Source: Alphaproteobacteria bacterium
GTDB taxonomy: Bacteria; Pseudomonadota; Alphaproteobacteria; Rs-D84
Reading direction: 5' to 3'
Assembly: GCA_017409215.1 (NCBI GenBank)
Contig: JAFQTD010000036.1
Span: forward strand, 14,038 to 78,037
DNA length: 64,000 bases
In this document: positions 1 through 9,215 of the stretch, piece by piece
Layout: each line of letters begins with the position of its first letter
How positions within the stretch are numbered: position 1 is the stretch's first letter
Program-made: the position numbers and the translations under genes
The notes under the pieces: generated by a model
The model's input: the letters and a program-made list of their open reading frames with translations, nothing else
What the model was told of the DNA's origin: nothing
The model's database searches: none

Positions 1-215
1 ACTAAATAATCAACAGATACACCTTCATAAGAACCGCGCATTTCCATCAATATTTTTGTGTTTTCCGCGATTTGGCGCAATTCTGAATCTGCAATGGTGC
101 GCGTCTGATTATCGCGAATGGTATTAAAGACCCCCAGTGCAGCGATTGTCATAAAACCACTGATGGCCAAAACACCTAAGATTTCAATCAAAGACCGTCC
201 TGATTCTTCTCTCAT
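1..215 (-). CDS. type IV pilin / pseudopilin-like protein, N-terminal part (gene continues past window start)
   Basis: Minus-strand ATG at 215-213, 9 nt after a GGGGGTGA RBS and 2 nt after the dnaX stop. Translation MREESGRSLIEILGVLAISGFMTIAALGVFNTIRDNQ... has a short polar leader ending in Gly, then a hydrophobic helix with Glu at +5 (prepilin peptidase motif). No stop codon before position 1. Absent from the ORF track because it is partial. Confidence 0.55.
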   Translation of the reverse strand, partial: MREESGRSLIEILGVLAISGFMTIAALGVFNTIRDNQTRTIADSELRQIAENTKILMEMRGSYEGVSVDYL

Positions 216-217
216 TT

Positions 218-1777
218 TTATTTCACCCCCACTATTTCTGCATCCGCGAACAGGTCCATTGCGCTTGCGACCAACGGGTCTGCGACCAGTTCTTCTTGTT
301 TTTGTTCTGACATTGTGTGCGTATGTACAGATTCCATTACGCGTTCTAATGCCCACTGGCGACCGGTTTTATCAAACAGCCACGATGACAGTTTATGTGT
401 AAAATCTGCATCACCCTTGCGGTCAAAGAATCTGATTTTACCATCAGAAAACTCTGCGATTTCTATATTAGAACTATAGTAAGAGTACAACAAAATCTCT
501 TTTGCGGATTGCAGTGCTTGCGCCAACTGAGCCGCATCAGATATCGTCAATTTTTCGGATGTTGCACTGGGTTGTGTTTGTTGTGCCATACGGTCTGCCA
601 AAATATTTTTCACATCGCGTACCCGCTTTTCTGATTCTTGCTGTTTAAGGATTTCTGGCACAGACGGCATATCTGCAATATGCATCATTCGTATTATCAG
701 CATATCAAAGCATTGTTTCTGATTGCCTGCAGCCTGCATTTCTGGTACTGCAGCCACCATAACCTGCCATATTCTGGACAAAGTGTTTAGTGAAGTTTTT
801 GTACAAATATCCTTTATTTGTTCGCGTTGTTCAGCAGTGTATGGTGCGTTTGATGCATCCCCTGCATGCAGGGCAGGGTGCATACGCGTTGCCCAATGTG
901 TCCATTCCATCATATCGATTAACAGCATTGACAGGTCTGCGCCATTGTTATATATAGAATCAACTGTGTTCAGTGCAGCTGCCGTATCACCAGACAACAG
1001 TGTCTTCATAAGGTCCATAACCACACCGCGGTCAGCACGTTTCAACATATCCAAAACGGCTTTTTCATCGACCTTGCCACCGGTTTGTGCGATTGCCTGG
1101 TCCAGCAAGGACAGTCCGTCGCGCACAGACCCGTCTGCGGCAGATGCCAATAATTCGTTTGCGCCATCTGACAGTTCAACATTTTCCTGCTGTGCAATCC
1201 ATGCAAAGTGCCGTTTTAGTGTTTCGACAGGGACACGCACCAAATCAAATCGTTGGCATCTGGACAAGATTGTCACAGGCACTTTCCGAATTTCTGTTGT
1301 TGCCAGAATGAATATAACGTGTGCAGGCGGTTCTTCCAGTGTTTTCAGCAGTGCATTAAAAGCCGACACAGACAGCATATGCACTTCGTCAATAATATAT
1401 ACACGATATCTGCCATTTGTTGGTCTGTATTGTGCGCCATCCAGTATATCGCGCATATTATCGACACCTGTATGTGATGCGGCATCGATTTCCATAACGT
1501 CGATATGTTGTCCTGCGGCGATTGCGCGACAATTTTCGCATGTTCCACATGGTGTTGCTGTTGCCCCATCGGCAGACAGGCAGTTTAATGCCTTGGCCAA
1601 GATACGTGCAGTACTTGTCTTTCCGGTTCCGCGAATGCCTGTGAAAATATAGGCATGTGCAATACGTCCTGTTTTGATTGCTGTGGTCAGTGTTTTTACC
1701 AAAACATCCTGTCCGATAAGGGATGCAAAATCCTGACTGCGATATTTACGTGCTAATACAGTATAATTACCATTCAT
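218..1777 (-). CDS. dnaX: DNA polymerase III subunit gamma/tau
   Basis: 519 aa. AAA+ Walker A GIRGTGKTSTARILAKALNC, a clamp-loader zinc module CxxC, and length and architecture typical of DnaX. Confidence 0.95.
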   Translation of the reverse strand: MNGNYTVLARKYRSQDFASLIGQDVLVKTLTTAIKTGRIAHAYIFTGIRGTGKTSTARILAKALNCLSADGATATPCGTCENCRAIAAGQHIDVMEIDAASHTGVDNMRDILDGAQYRPTNGRYRVYIIDEVHMLSVSAFNALLKTLEEPPAHVIFILATTEIRKVPVTILSRCQRFDLVRVPVETLKRHFAWIAQQENVELSDGANELLASAADGSVRDGLSLLDQAIAQTGGKVDEKAVLDMLKRADRGVVMDLMKTLLSGDTAAALNTVDSIYNNGADLSMLLIDMMEWTHWATRMHPALHAGDASNAPYTAEQREQIKDICTKTSLNTLSRIWQVMVAAVPEMQAAGNQKQCFDMLIIRMMHIADMPSVPEILKQQESEKRVRDVKNILADRMAQQTQPSATSEKLTISDAAQLAQALQSAKEILLYSYYSSNIEIAEFSDGKIRFFDRKGDADFTHKLSSWLFDKTGRQWALERVMESVHTHTMSEQKQEELVADPLVASAMDLFADAEIVGVK

Positions 1778-1862
1778 AACTAAAACTTCCTTTTAAGGTT
1801 AAGGATAACAAAACATTGTCAAAATTCAACAAATAAAAAGCGCCATAACTGGCGCAGACAAG

Positions 1863-2189
1863 TTAATTTAAATTCGTAATAAATTCTGGCAGAATTATAT
1901 CTTCGTCATCAGATGATTCTGTTGAATCTGTGGTGTTATCTGTGGCGTCAATGCTTGCGATTTCTTTTTCTGCAGCTGCCTTTTCCTTTGGGTCACGTGT
2001 AGAATCGATTTTACCTTGTTCTGCATTAACGATGCGCCCATAATGCTCTGCTGTTTGCAACAATCTTTCGCGTTCGACTTCATCAGTTGTTTGACGTGCC
2101 AAATCAATATATTGTTTTCTTTTTTGGCGCCATTTATGACAGCGTTGAATCATCTGTCCCACATTGGATTGATTTTTTTTGTTTTGCAT
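1863..2189 (-). CDS. DUF4167-like small basic/acidic protein
   Basis: 108 aa. A QTAEHYGR motif resembles the QHAEHY signature of DUF4167. The tail is acidic and Ser/Asp-rich. A minus-strand rho-independent hairpin (GCGCCAGTTATGGCGC+T5) follows at 1835-1855. Confidence 0.5.
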   Translation of the reverse strand: MQNKKNQSNVGQMIQRCHKWRQKRKQYIDLARQTTDEVERERLLQTAEHYGRIVNAEQGKIDSTRDPKEKAAAEKEIASIDATDNTTDSTESSDDEDIILPEFITNLN

Positions 2190-2345
2190 ATCTTATCTTT
2201 TTAACAGGAAATAATCTTATACAACAGCAGTTTTTTTAAACCGCCATTATGGTTAACGGATTTGATACTAGAACATCTTAAAAGCAATTGCAATAATTTT
2301 TTTCTGTTGCTATGCTATGAACAGGACCAAGGGGGGAATTTAAGT

Positions 2346-3701
2346 TTGAATCAACAACGTGGAAATTTCTTGATGCAGGCATTATTAGCTGTCGGGCTAA
2401 TATTTGCACTTGTGCCCTTTATGGTTCGACGTGTTGCAGACAGAACCGTTGACAGCAAGATGTCAACTGCTGTTCAACAGATAGAAACCGCCCAAACGGC
2501 GGCCAAGATTTTTATTCGTGAAAATGCAAAAAACATAAATTACAACACCACAATTGTTTCTGGGAATGATTTTGCAGATATACTTGAACCGTATGGTTTG
2601 CCACTTGGTTTTGTTCCCAAAACCCCATTGGGACAGGATATTGCGCTGGTTATACAAAAATCGCCCAGTGATATTACGGCATATTTAGAAATAAGTGGTG
2701 GCAGGTTAAATATGCTTGAACGCGCAGAATTGGCGCGTCGTATTGGTTTTTATGCGGTTTCAACAGACGGTGGTATAAATGTTGGTATTGAACTGGGGGA
2801 TATGTATTCTGACGTTGTTCGCAGGAATGAACCAAATATAGACAACAGTGGATTTTTGGCAGACCTTGATATGGGTGGTTTTGAATTAGAAAATGGTGGC
2901 AGTTTATTTTCAATAAATGGGGTGTTTGACAGCGCTGGGTTTAATACGCTTAGTATAACAGGCACAGAATCTGGACGCAAGGCACGAAACAAAATTGGGC
3001 AAATTGTCACAAATAAATCAGTTTTTCAAAGCATAACGGGTGAATCAGCGCTTAGTATAAATCGTGGAACGTTATTTGCAAATTCTCTTAATACAAAAAC
3101 TATATCAATGTACGGTGATACGGGAAATTTAACAGCCGAAGATGTATCGATATATGAACTTTCTATGACGGCGGGGCACACCAGTTTTTCTGGTCCGTCC
3201 GATTGGTTGGTGCATGGAAATGTCAAGACAACAAACATAAATCTTAGTATGGAACGATTGGATATTTCGTCTTTTTTGAATGCGACACGTGGTCAAGAGG
3301 TTTATATTGACGACCAAGCGCTGACTTATAACTCAAAGTCTGGCATAGAAACAAATATAATTTACACGTCAAATATAACAGTGCGCGACCAGACGTCAAA
3401 CGCGCTGTCCGGTGGTAAATCTGGTGCGATAATATTGGACATTCGTCCTGCTGGAACGACTATGTTGCCGGATGCGTATGTATCAGACATAAACAACGAA
3501 GGATTTCAGATTTTGGAAAAGCCTTTGGACGATACAACAAGGTTTGTTGGGTGTAAAGAAATCATAGACGGATACGAAGGTGTATATAACAAATCATCTT
3601 TGTCGCAATACTTGATTTGTCAGTATGTTTACTGGCAACGTCTTGAAAAAAGAATCGATGCAATGAAATGTTTAAAGTCGGGAAAAGATGGCTGTATATA
3701 A
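2346..3701 (+). CDS. large pseudopilin-like protein (GspK-like: prepilin-type N-terminus without Glu+5)
   Basis: Probable TTG start at 2346, 9 nt after an AGGGGGG SD, giving MNQQRG|NFLMQALLAVGLIFALVPF. The leader ends in RG and is followed by a hydrophobic helix. The rest is polar and Ser/Thr/Asn-rich, as in pilus-tip pseudopilins. The track ORF runs 2262-3701 and an ATG alternative lies at 2373. Confidence 0.55.
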   Translation: MNQQRGNFLMQALLAVGLIFALVPFMVRRVADRTVDSKMSTAVQQIETAQTAAKIFIRENAKNINYNTTIVSGNDFADILEPYGLPLGFVPKTPLGQDIALVIQKSPSDITAYLEISGGRLNMLERAELARRIGFYAVSTDGGINVGIELGDMYSDVVRRNEPNIDNSGFLADLDMGGFELENGGSLFSINGVFDSAGFNTLSITGTESGRKARNKIGQIVTNKSVFQSITGESALSINRGTLFANSLNTKTISMYGDTGNLTAEDVSIYELSMTAGHTSFSGPSDWLVHGNVKTTNINLSMERLDISSFLNATRGQEVYIDDQALTYNSKSGIETNIIYTSNITVRDQTSNALSGGKSGAIILDIRPAGTTMLPDAYVSDINNEGFQILEKPLDDTTRFVGCKEIIDGYEGVYNKSSLSQYLICQYVYWQRLEKRIDAMKCLKSGKDGCI

Positions 3702-4902
3702 AAACGAACATATTATAAATGAAAATCGTGGCGCAAGTATTATCGAAGTTGTACTTGCAATGGCTATCGTTGCGATGGCATCGCCGTTTGTGTATAATCA
3801 AATTAATCAAACAAACAAGACACTAAAAAATGTTGCGACCGCCAAAAAGATAATATCTGTACGTGATGCCGCACTAAACTTTGTTCGTGTTAATCAAGAC
3901 AAGTGGCCTGATGTTGCACAGATAAAATTGTCTGATGAAGAATTGGCGCTAATATCACCGACTGCTGTTGCAGGTTTTATCGATAAATATGCGCTTACTG
4001 GTATGACAACAACAGATATATATTTAGCATTTGATTTACAAGAATCGCAATTACAGACAAACAATGTTGCAAAGTATATTGGTTCAGACGCAGCGGTTGT
4101 TGGTGGTGATGGTGTTGCGTACAGTGATACATGGGCGGTGTCTGCGCCTGATTTTGCTGTTGGTGATTTGATATACAGGATTTCGCGTGATGTTGTTGGT
4201 GAAGATACAGAAAAATACTTGCATCGTGCGACATCAGGCGAAGATGAATTAAACAAGATGCAACGTGATTTAGATATGGCATCGCATAATATTTATAACA
4301 TTGCAAACCTGTCTGGTAAATCGATTGATGCCAGAAATGCCAGTGCGACCTTTGTTGAAACACCGTTGGTTTCTGCAAACGAAGTCTATTTTTCTGGTGG
4401 TGCAAACGTCGAAGGCCAAAATGTAGAACTGGGTAATGTGCGTGTTTCTGGTGATGTTTCAGGGTTCAGGAATATATATGCAAAAAATTTGAATGGTGAC
4501 AAATATACAACGCGTGGCCATATTATAACCGACCGCGCAGCAATATACGAAAAAGTAAACGTATCACGCGATTTGATACTAAAGTCTGACACAATCAGAA
4601 CAATTAGTGGCTTTACGGGTGTGTCTGTAAATTCTGTATTTACATCCTATGTATCGACCGAAGAAATAATGTTTTACGATAATTTTGGCTTAACTGTATC
4701 TGGCGAGTTGTTAATGTCCACCGTATCGCCAATAAAGATTGGTAATTGGTTGTTTCCATCAACTCGTCCGCCCGAATTTAGTGTGCTTAACCTATCGCGT
4801 GCATCAACACCATCGATGCCAAACAACAATGCATTTTCCGATATATTGCGTGATGGTTGGCAAAAGTCTATAACAATAACAAATGAATTTAACAAACAAT
4901 GA
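3688..4902 (+). CDS. large pseudopilin / minor pilin-like protein
   Basis: 404 aa. N-terminus MAVYKNEHIINENRG|ASIIEVVLAMAIVAMA has a leader ending in Gly, Glu at +5 and a hydrophobic helix. The start overlaps the upstream gene's end by 14 nt, suggesting an operon. Confidence 0.65.
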   Translation: MAVYKNEHIINENRGASIIEVVLAMAIVAMASPFVYNQINQTNKTLKNVATAKKIISVRDAALNFVRVNQDKWPDVAQIKLSDEELALISPTAVAGFIDKYALTGMTTTDIYLAFDLQESQLQTNNVAKYIGSDAAVVGGDGVAYSDTWAVSAPDFAVGDLIYRISRDVVGEDTEKYLHRATSGEDELNKMQRDLDMASHNIYNIANLSGKSIDARNASATFVETPLVSANEVYFSGGANVEGQNVELGNVRVSGDVSGFRNIYAKNLNGDKYTTRGHIITDRAAIYEKVNVSRDLILKSDTIRTISGFTGVSVNSVFTSYVSTEEIMFYDNFGLTVSGELLMSTVSPIKIGNWLFPSTRPPEFSVLNLSRASTPSMPNNNAFSDILRDGWQKSITITNEFNKQ

Positions 4903-6212
4903 TATGTAAAAGAAAAAAATTTTTATTACACAACAGTTCGCGTGGCAGTATGCTGGTTGAATTACTGTTAAGTGTTGCGCTGTGCGCGGTTATAGTTCCA
5001 TTTATCTTTAAATATCAACAAAGTTCTGTTCAGCGTGCGCAAAATTTAAAACTAAGAAATCAAATGACGGAAATTCAAGTTGCGCTGGAACGTTATATCA
5101 TAGAAAACAGGGCGCAACTATTAAACACAATTGGGCGCAATATAACACGTGTAGAACTTAGTGATTTAAGTGAATTTGGTTTACCTGATGCGATTATTGA
5201 AAATCAAGATTTATTTCAACTGCGTGTATTAAAATCCCAAGATTCAACAGGCAGTGCGACATTACAAGGTGTAATTGTTCGTAAATCGGATGAATTAACC
5301 CCATTACGTACACGTGAAATTGTTAATATGTCTGGTGGGACGATGGGGTTTGTTGATGGAACGCATGCGTACGGAACATTTGGTGCCTGGCACGCAGATA
5401 TGGTTGATTTAGGAATAAATCTTGAAAACGGTCTTATTGAATCGACTGCGGTAAATCGTGATAATGCGCTGTATTTATGGCGTGTTCCATCTGACAATAT
5501 ATACGATGCCCAGATGATGTCGCCATTGAATCTTGGTGGGCACGATTTAAAGAACGCAAGTTTTGTAAATGCAAACTTTGTCGAATTTGCTGATTTATTG
5601 ACTTCAGAAAACATAAACACCAACAGTTTTATATTCAAAAACAGAACAACAATAGACAGCGAATACAAGTCAGACATAACAACTGTTTCTGGTACATTGT
5701 CTGCAGACGGAAAAAATATGGAAATAAACGGGTCTTTGTTATTGGACAATTTGGGCAAGTTTTCATCATTAAATGCTAATAATTTATGGGTGACTAATAT
5801 GACCTTGGGTGGCTTGTCTATTAACGACGAAGATTCGCTGGCATTATTGAAAATTAATCAATATCTGGATATGACATCTGGTCACATCAATGCAATGTTT
5901 GTGACGGTTGGCTTTTCTGGTTCGATGACCCCACGTTTGGTTGTATATGACAGGATTGAAGATTCAACAAATTCTGACTACTATTGGGATGCGTCTAACA
6001 GACGGGCTAACTTTATGGACGCCAGCTTTATAGAATTAAATCGTATGGCAGAATTAGCTATGCATTACGAAGGTGACAAAGCGACCGCATCTGGCCGAAT
6101 TTTTGGCGCGGTATCTGCGAACAAGAATGCAACAGTTTCGGATTTTATGAACGCAATCAATAAAATTCAAAAACAAGTACAGGAAAAATATCAGGATTTG
6201 ATTTCGCAATAA
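4899..6212 (+). CDS. large pseudopilin / minor pilin-like protein
   Basis: 437 aa. N-terminus ...SSRG|SMLVELLLSVALCAVIVPF has a leader ending in Gly, Glu at +5 and a hydrophobic helix. It overlaps the upstream gene by 4 nt (ATGA). Confidence 0.65.
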   Translation: MICKRKKFLLHNSSRGSMLVELLLSVALCAVIVPFIFKYQQSSVQRAQNLKLRNQMTEIQVALERYIIENRAQLLNTIGRNITRVELSDLSEFGLPDAIIENQDLFQLRVLKSQDSTGSATLQGVIVRKSDELTPLRTREIVNMSGGTMGFVDGTHAYGTFGAWHADMVDLGINLENGLIESTAVNRDNALYLWRVPSDNIYDAQMMSPLNLGGHDLKNASFVNANFVEFADLLTSENINTNSFIFKNRTTIDSEYKSDITTVSGTLSADGKNMEINGSLLLDNLGKFSSLNANNLWVTNMTLGGLSINDEDSLALLKINQYLDMTSGHINAMFVTVGFSGSMTPRLVVYDRIEDSTNSDYYWDASNRRANFMDASFIELNRMAELAMHYEGDKATASGRIFGAVSANKNATVSDFMNAINKIQKQVQEKYQDLISQ

Positions 6213-6232
6213 TTTATGCTATAAGGATAAGT

Positions 6233-6757
6233 ATGAAAGTAAAATGTGAATTTTGTAAGACCGAGTATAATTTGGATAAATTGCCCGCCACACAGGTCAG
6301 GTGTGCGATATGTGGTCACAGTTGGGCGCCAACTATGCCCCCGCGCAAGAATACGTGGTTGATATTTATTGCCTCATTGTGTGCATTATTATCTGCAATC
6401 GTGTTTACCATCGCGGTAATTACCCAACACCACGCAAAAAATGCAAATCGTGGTCCGCTGATTGTTGGTATAGAAAATATAGACACCATGACAGATGAGA
6501 ATGGCAAACCTCATATTGTTGTGAATGGTAATGTGTCAAATATATCAGAATATCCGTATGCTGTTCCTGATTTAATAATTGTATCCAGCGATGATGACGG
6601 CAACGTATTGGCGCAACAGCGGTTTATGCCATCTGCTGCGATACTGGATTCTGGCAAATCGGTAAAATTCACACATGTGCTGGGTGGCCAGCCGACAGGG
6701 GTAAAGAAAATATCTGCCAAACTTGCAGATTTGGAAGTTTTACAAAAGGATAAATAG
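6233..6757 (+). CDS. zinc-ribbon domain membrane protein (DUF3426-like)
   Basis: N-terminal CxxC...CxxC zinc ribbon (MKVKCEFCKTEYNLDKLPATQVRCAICGHSW), then a single TM helix and a C-terminal beta-rich domain. RBS AAGGATAAG precedes the ATG. Confidence 0.65.
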   Translation: MKVKCEFCKTEYNLDKLPATQVRCAICGHSWAPTMPPRKNTWLIFIASLCALLSAIVFTIAVITQHHAKNANRGPLIVGIENIDTMTDENGKPHIVVNGNVSNISEYPYAVPDLIIVSSDDDGNVLAQQRFMPSAAILDSGKSVKFTHVLGGQPTGVKKISAKLADLEVLQKDK

Positions 6758-6758
6758 T

Positions 6759-7217
6759 ATGCGATTTTTATTCTTGTTATTGATAAATGTATTTGTTGCT
6801 TCGAATTGTGTTGCCGCGGACAGTCAACCGTTGCCACGTGTAAGCATATTTTCAACCAGTACAGACTGGCAGGCTGTCACAGGTCTGCTGTTAAATGAAT
6901 ACAGGGGAACATTTATTCCCGACAAGAATTTGGTTAAACGTGGATTGGTATTATATTATCTGGACGGTTTTCCGTGTTATGGCTTGGGCGAAGGCGTGCG
7001 TGTTTGGGTTGGGCCAGACTGGAATCACCAGCATTTACGCATTGCGTGTGTTGCTGCCCCAACAGAAATAAAGTTCGCGTATCGTAATGCCGTACGCGAT
7101 GCAGACGAAGCGACAACAACAGGTATCTTGACCTGTCCGGTAAAATCTGATGGACGCGAAATGACAATCAGATTATCTGACTGTACAGTTGGCCCAGATT
7201 GGAAAGAATATGAATAG
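6759..7217 (+). CDS. secreted hypothetical protein
   Basis: ATG at 6759 gives the signal peptide MRFLFLLLINVFVASNCVAA. The mature part has 4 Cys and no recognisable family. Confidence 0.5.
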   Translation: MRFLFLLLINVFVASNCVAADSQPLPRVSIFSTSTDWQAVTGLLLNEYRGTFIPDKNLVKRGLVLYYLDGFPCYGLGEGVRVWVGPDWNHQHLRIACVAAPTEIKFAYRNAVRDADEATTTGILTCPVKSDGREMTIRLSDCTVGPDWKEYE

Positions 7218-8184
7218 GTTTGATATGACGGATATTCGTGAATTGACTGTTTCTGACACAGATGAAGTGACACGCATTGATAAATTTTTGGCAACAAAAA
7301 TGCCAGAATTTTCACGCAGTGAAATCCAAAAGTTTGTAATAACCCGTCCTGATAACACGACACCAAAGATGTCAGAAAAGGTCAAATCGGGCGATGTTTT
7401 TTTGATACAGATTCCGCACCAAGAAACAACGGTTGCAACAGATAATGTATCATCTGATTTTGAATTGGATATATTATACGAAGACGATGATATAATTGTT
7501 ATTAACAAACCGCGTGGGGTTGTTATGTATCCGTCTGCGGGCAACAAGACAGGAACATTGGTACAAAATATATTGGCGCACACGCATTTGTCTGCGCTGG
7601 GTGGTGAAACCAGACCTGGGGTTGTGCATCGTCTGGACAAAGATACCAGTGGTGTTATGGTTTTTGCAAAATCTGATTCTGCGTTCAGGAATTTGGTTCA
7701 GACTTTTTCAAATCACGACCTGACACGAAAATATGTTGCATTTATTTGGGGGGTGCCAAATTGGGAAGAAGCGGAAATAACCGGTAATATTGCACGTTCT
7801 TCGCGCAACAGGCAAAAGATGTCAATGGTCAAGACAGGCGGCAAGCCATCACACACAGATGTTGCGGTAATAAACACATGGCCGCGTGAAAAAATATCAC
7901 AGGTTCGTTGTACATTGTTTACTGGGCGCACCCATCAAATCAGACTTCATTTATCTGCGCATGGATTTCCTGTATTGTGCGACCCGCTATATGGTCGTGG
8001 TGTTGCCAGATTGGGGTCTGTACGCGATGAATATTTGTTGGATTTTCTGCGCAGTCATGATGGTCAAATGTTGCATGCTGAACTGCTGGAATTCAGGCAT
8101 CCAACGACCGGTGAAACAATGCGTTTTAAATCGCGTTTGCCAGACGATATGTTGGAATTAAAAGAAATATTAGAAAACGCATAA
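7210..8184 (+). CDS. rluD: 23S rRNA pseudouridine synthase, RluD/RluA family
   Basis: N-terminal S4-like region and catalytic HRLDKDTSGVMVFAKSD motif. Start chosen at the ATG at 7210 (GGAAAG SD). The track offers a TTG at 7189. Confidence 0.85.
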   Translation: MNRFDMTDIRELTVSDTDEVTRIDKFLATKMPEFSRSEIQKFVITRPDNTTPKMSEKVKSGDVFLIQIPHQETTVATDNVSSDFELDILYEDDDIIVINKPRGVVMYPSAGNKTGTLVQNILAHTHLSALGGETRPGVVHRLDKDTSGVMVFAKSDSAFRNLVQTFSNHDLTRKYVAFIWGVPNWEEAEITGNIARSSRNRQKMSMVKTGGKPSHTDVAVINTWPREKISQVRCTLFTGRTHQIRLHLSAHGFPVLCDPLYGRGVARLGSVRDEYLLDFLRSHDGQMLHAELLEFRHPTTGETMRFKSRLPDDMLELKEILENA

Positions 8185-8190
8185 TAAATA

Positions 8191-8484
8191 TTATGCGTTT
8201 TTCTTTTTAGTTTTCTTTTTGTTTGTATTTTTGTTTTTATTTGTATCTGGATTTTCGCCCAAGATTTGCATTTGCATTTGTAAAATCAAGTTTTCTTTAT
8301 CTTGGATTTGCTTTAACAAAGATTGGTTTTCCAGTTTTATTTTATCCAATGTTTCGCGATTAACGATTAACTTCGTCGCCAAAGATTTATTGCGCTTATG
8401 GTTTAAATAGAACGCAAACACAGCCCCCATTATCGCACCGATTGATGCGCTAAGTACGTCAAAAAGGGTTTCTAGTATCATCAT
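8191..8484 (-). CDS. small membrane protein with coiled coil and Lys-rich tail
   Basis: 97 aa with an N-terminal TM helix, a coiled-coil segment and a KKKTKKKNA tail encoded by a low-complexity T-rich region. Family unknown. Confidence 0.35.
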   Translation of the reverse strand: MMILETLFDVLSASIGAIMGAVFAFYLNHKRNKSLATKLIVNRETLDKIKLENQSLLKQIQDKENLILQMQMQILGENPDTNKNKNTNKKKTKKKNA

Positions 8485-8524
8485 AATTGAATGATACCAT
8501 CCACGCGGATAACAATCACTGGGT

Positions 8525-9121
8525 TTATTTTCTTAAACCTGTTTTTTTATCTATCCAAACCTGTTCATCTGCGATTTCCATCATTGGCATATCAGATTTG
8601 CTGTCAGAATATGCGCGAACGACACGCGGTATATAGTTATTTTTGCGCGCCCATTCATCCATGGCATAAACTTTATTTTTTCCATAGCACAGAAATTCAT
8701 ACTTCCATGGTTTTTTCTTGTTTGTAATGCTACAAAAAACCGCATCAAACTTCATATCACGCACCAGTTGGGGTAATAAATAGTCAGGGCTGGCAGAAAC
8801 CATAATAACCTTGTTTCCTGCATCACGTTCGGCCTGAACACGTTCGCGTGCCCATCCAAAACGTTCACGACGGTGTTGTTTGATAAAACTTGGGGCGAAT
8901 TTTTTTATAAGTTTTGGTGAAACAAAGCGTCTAATATTTTCGCGCCACCATACCCCGTCGGGGTTAAAGACTCTTACAATGGCGCAAATACCAATCAGTG
9001 GCATATACAACCATGGTCTGATGCTATGGCGCATACAATATCTTGCAAATTGCACGTTGGAATCGAAACCAGAGAGTGTGCCATCAAAGTCAAACAAAAC
9101 AACATTTACTTTTTGAAACAT
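8525..9121 (-). CDS. HAD-superfamily hydrolase (HAD-IB-like)
   Basis: The N-terminal DxD motif VVLFDFDGTL is characteristic of the HAD phosphatase fold. Confidence 0.65.
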   Translation of the reverse strand: MFQKVNVVLFDFDGTLSGFDSNVQFARYCMRHSIRPWLYMPLIGICAIVRVFNPDGVWWRENIRRFVSPKLIKKFAPSFIKQHRRERFGWARERVQAERDAGNKVIMVSASPDYLLPQLVRDMKFDAVFCSITNKKKPWKYEFLCYGKNKVYAMDEWARKNNYIPRVVRAYSDSKSDMPMMEIADEQVWIDKKTGLRK

Positions 9122-9215
9122 ATAATAAATCCTTTTATATGATTACATAAGATTATAACTATCATACAAATTTCTGCAAGGGCTAAAAAAATCCCCCGCA
9201 TATCGGGGGAATTTA

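Noticed and set aside
723-1652. 309-aa plus-strand ORF and several other 60-100-aa ORFs antisense to dnaX.
   Set aside because: They lie entirely inside the well-supported dnaX CDS on the opposite strand and have low-complexity Ser/Ala composition typical of antisense frames. The same reasoning rejects ORFs nested in the RND pump, mutS, comEC, virD4 and glyQS genes.
2262-2345. Longest-ORF start (2262) for the first pseudopilin.
   Set aside because: It would place ~30 polar residues before the prepilin-type leader. A TTG at 2346 with a G-rich SD gives a leader (MNQQRG) comparable to the other two pseudopilins. An ATG at 2373 remains possible.
8190-8300. T-rich low-complexity tract as a possible repeat element.
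   Set aside because: It encodes the Lys-rich C-terminal tail of the 97-aa minus-strand ORF. It is simple-sequence bias rather than a structured repeat.
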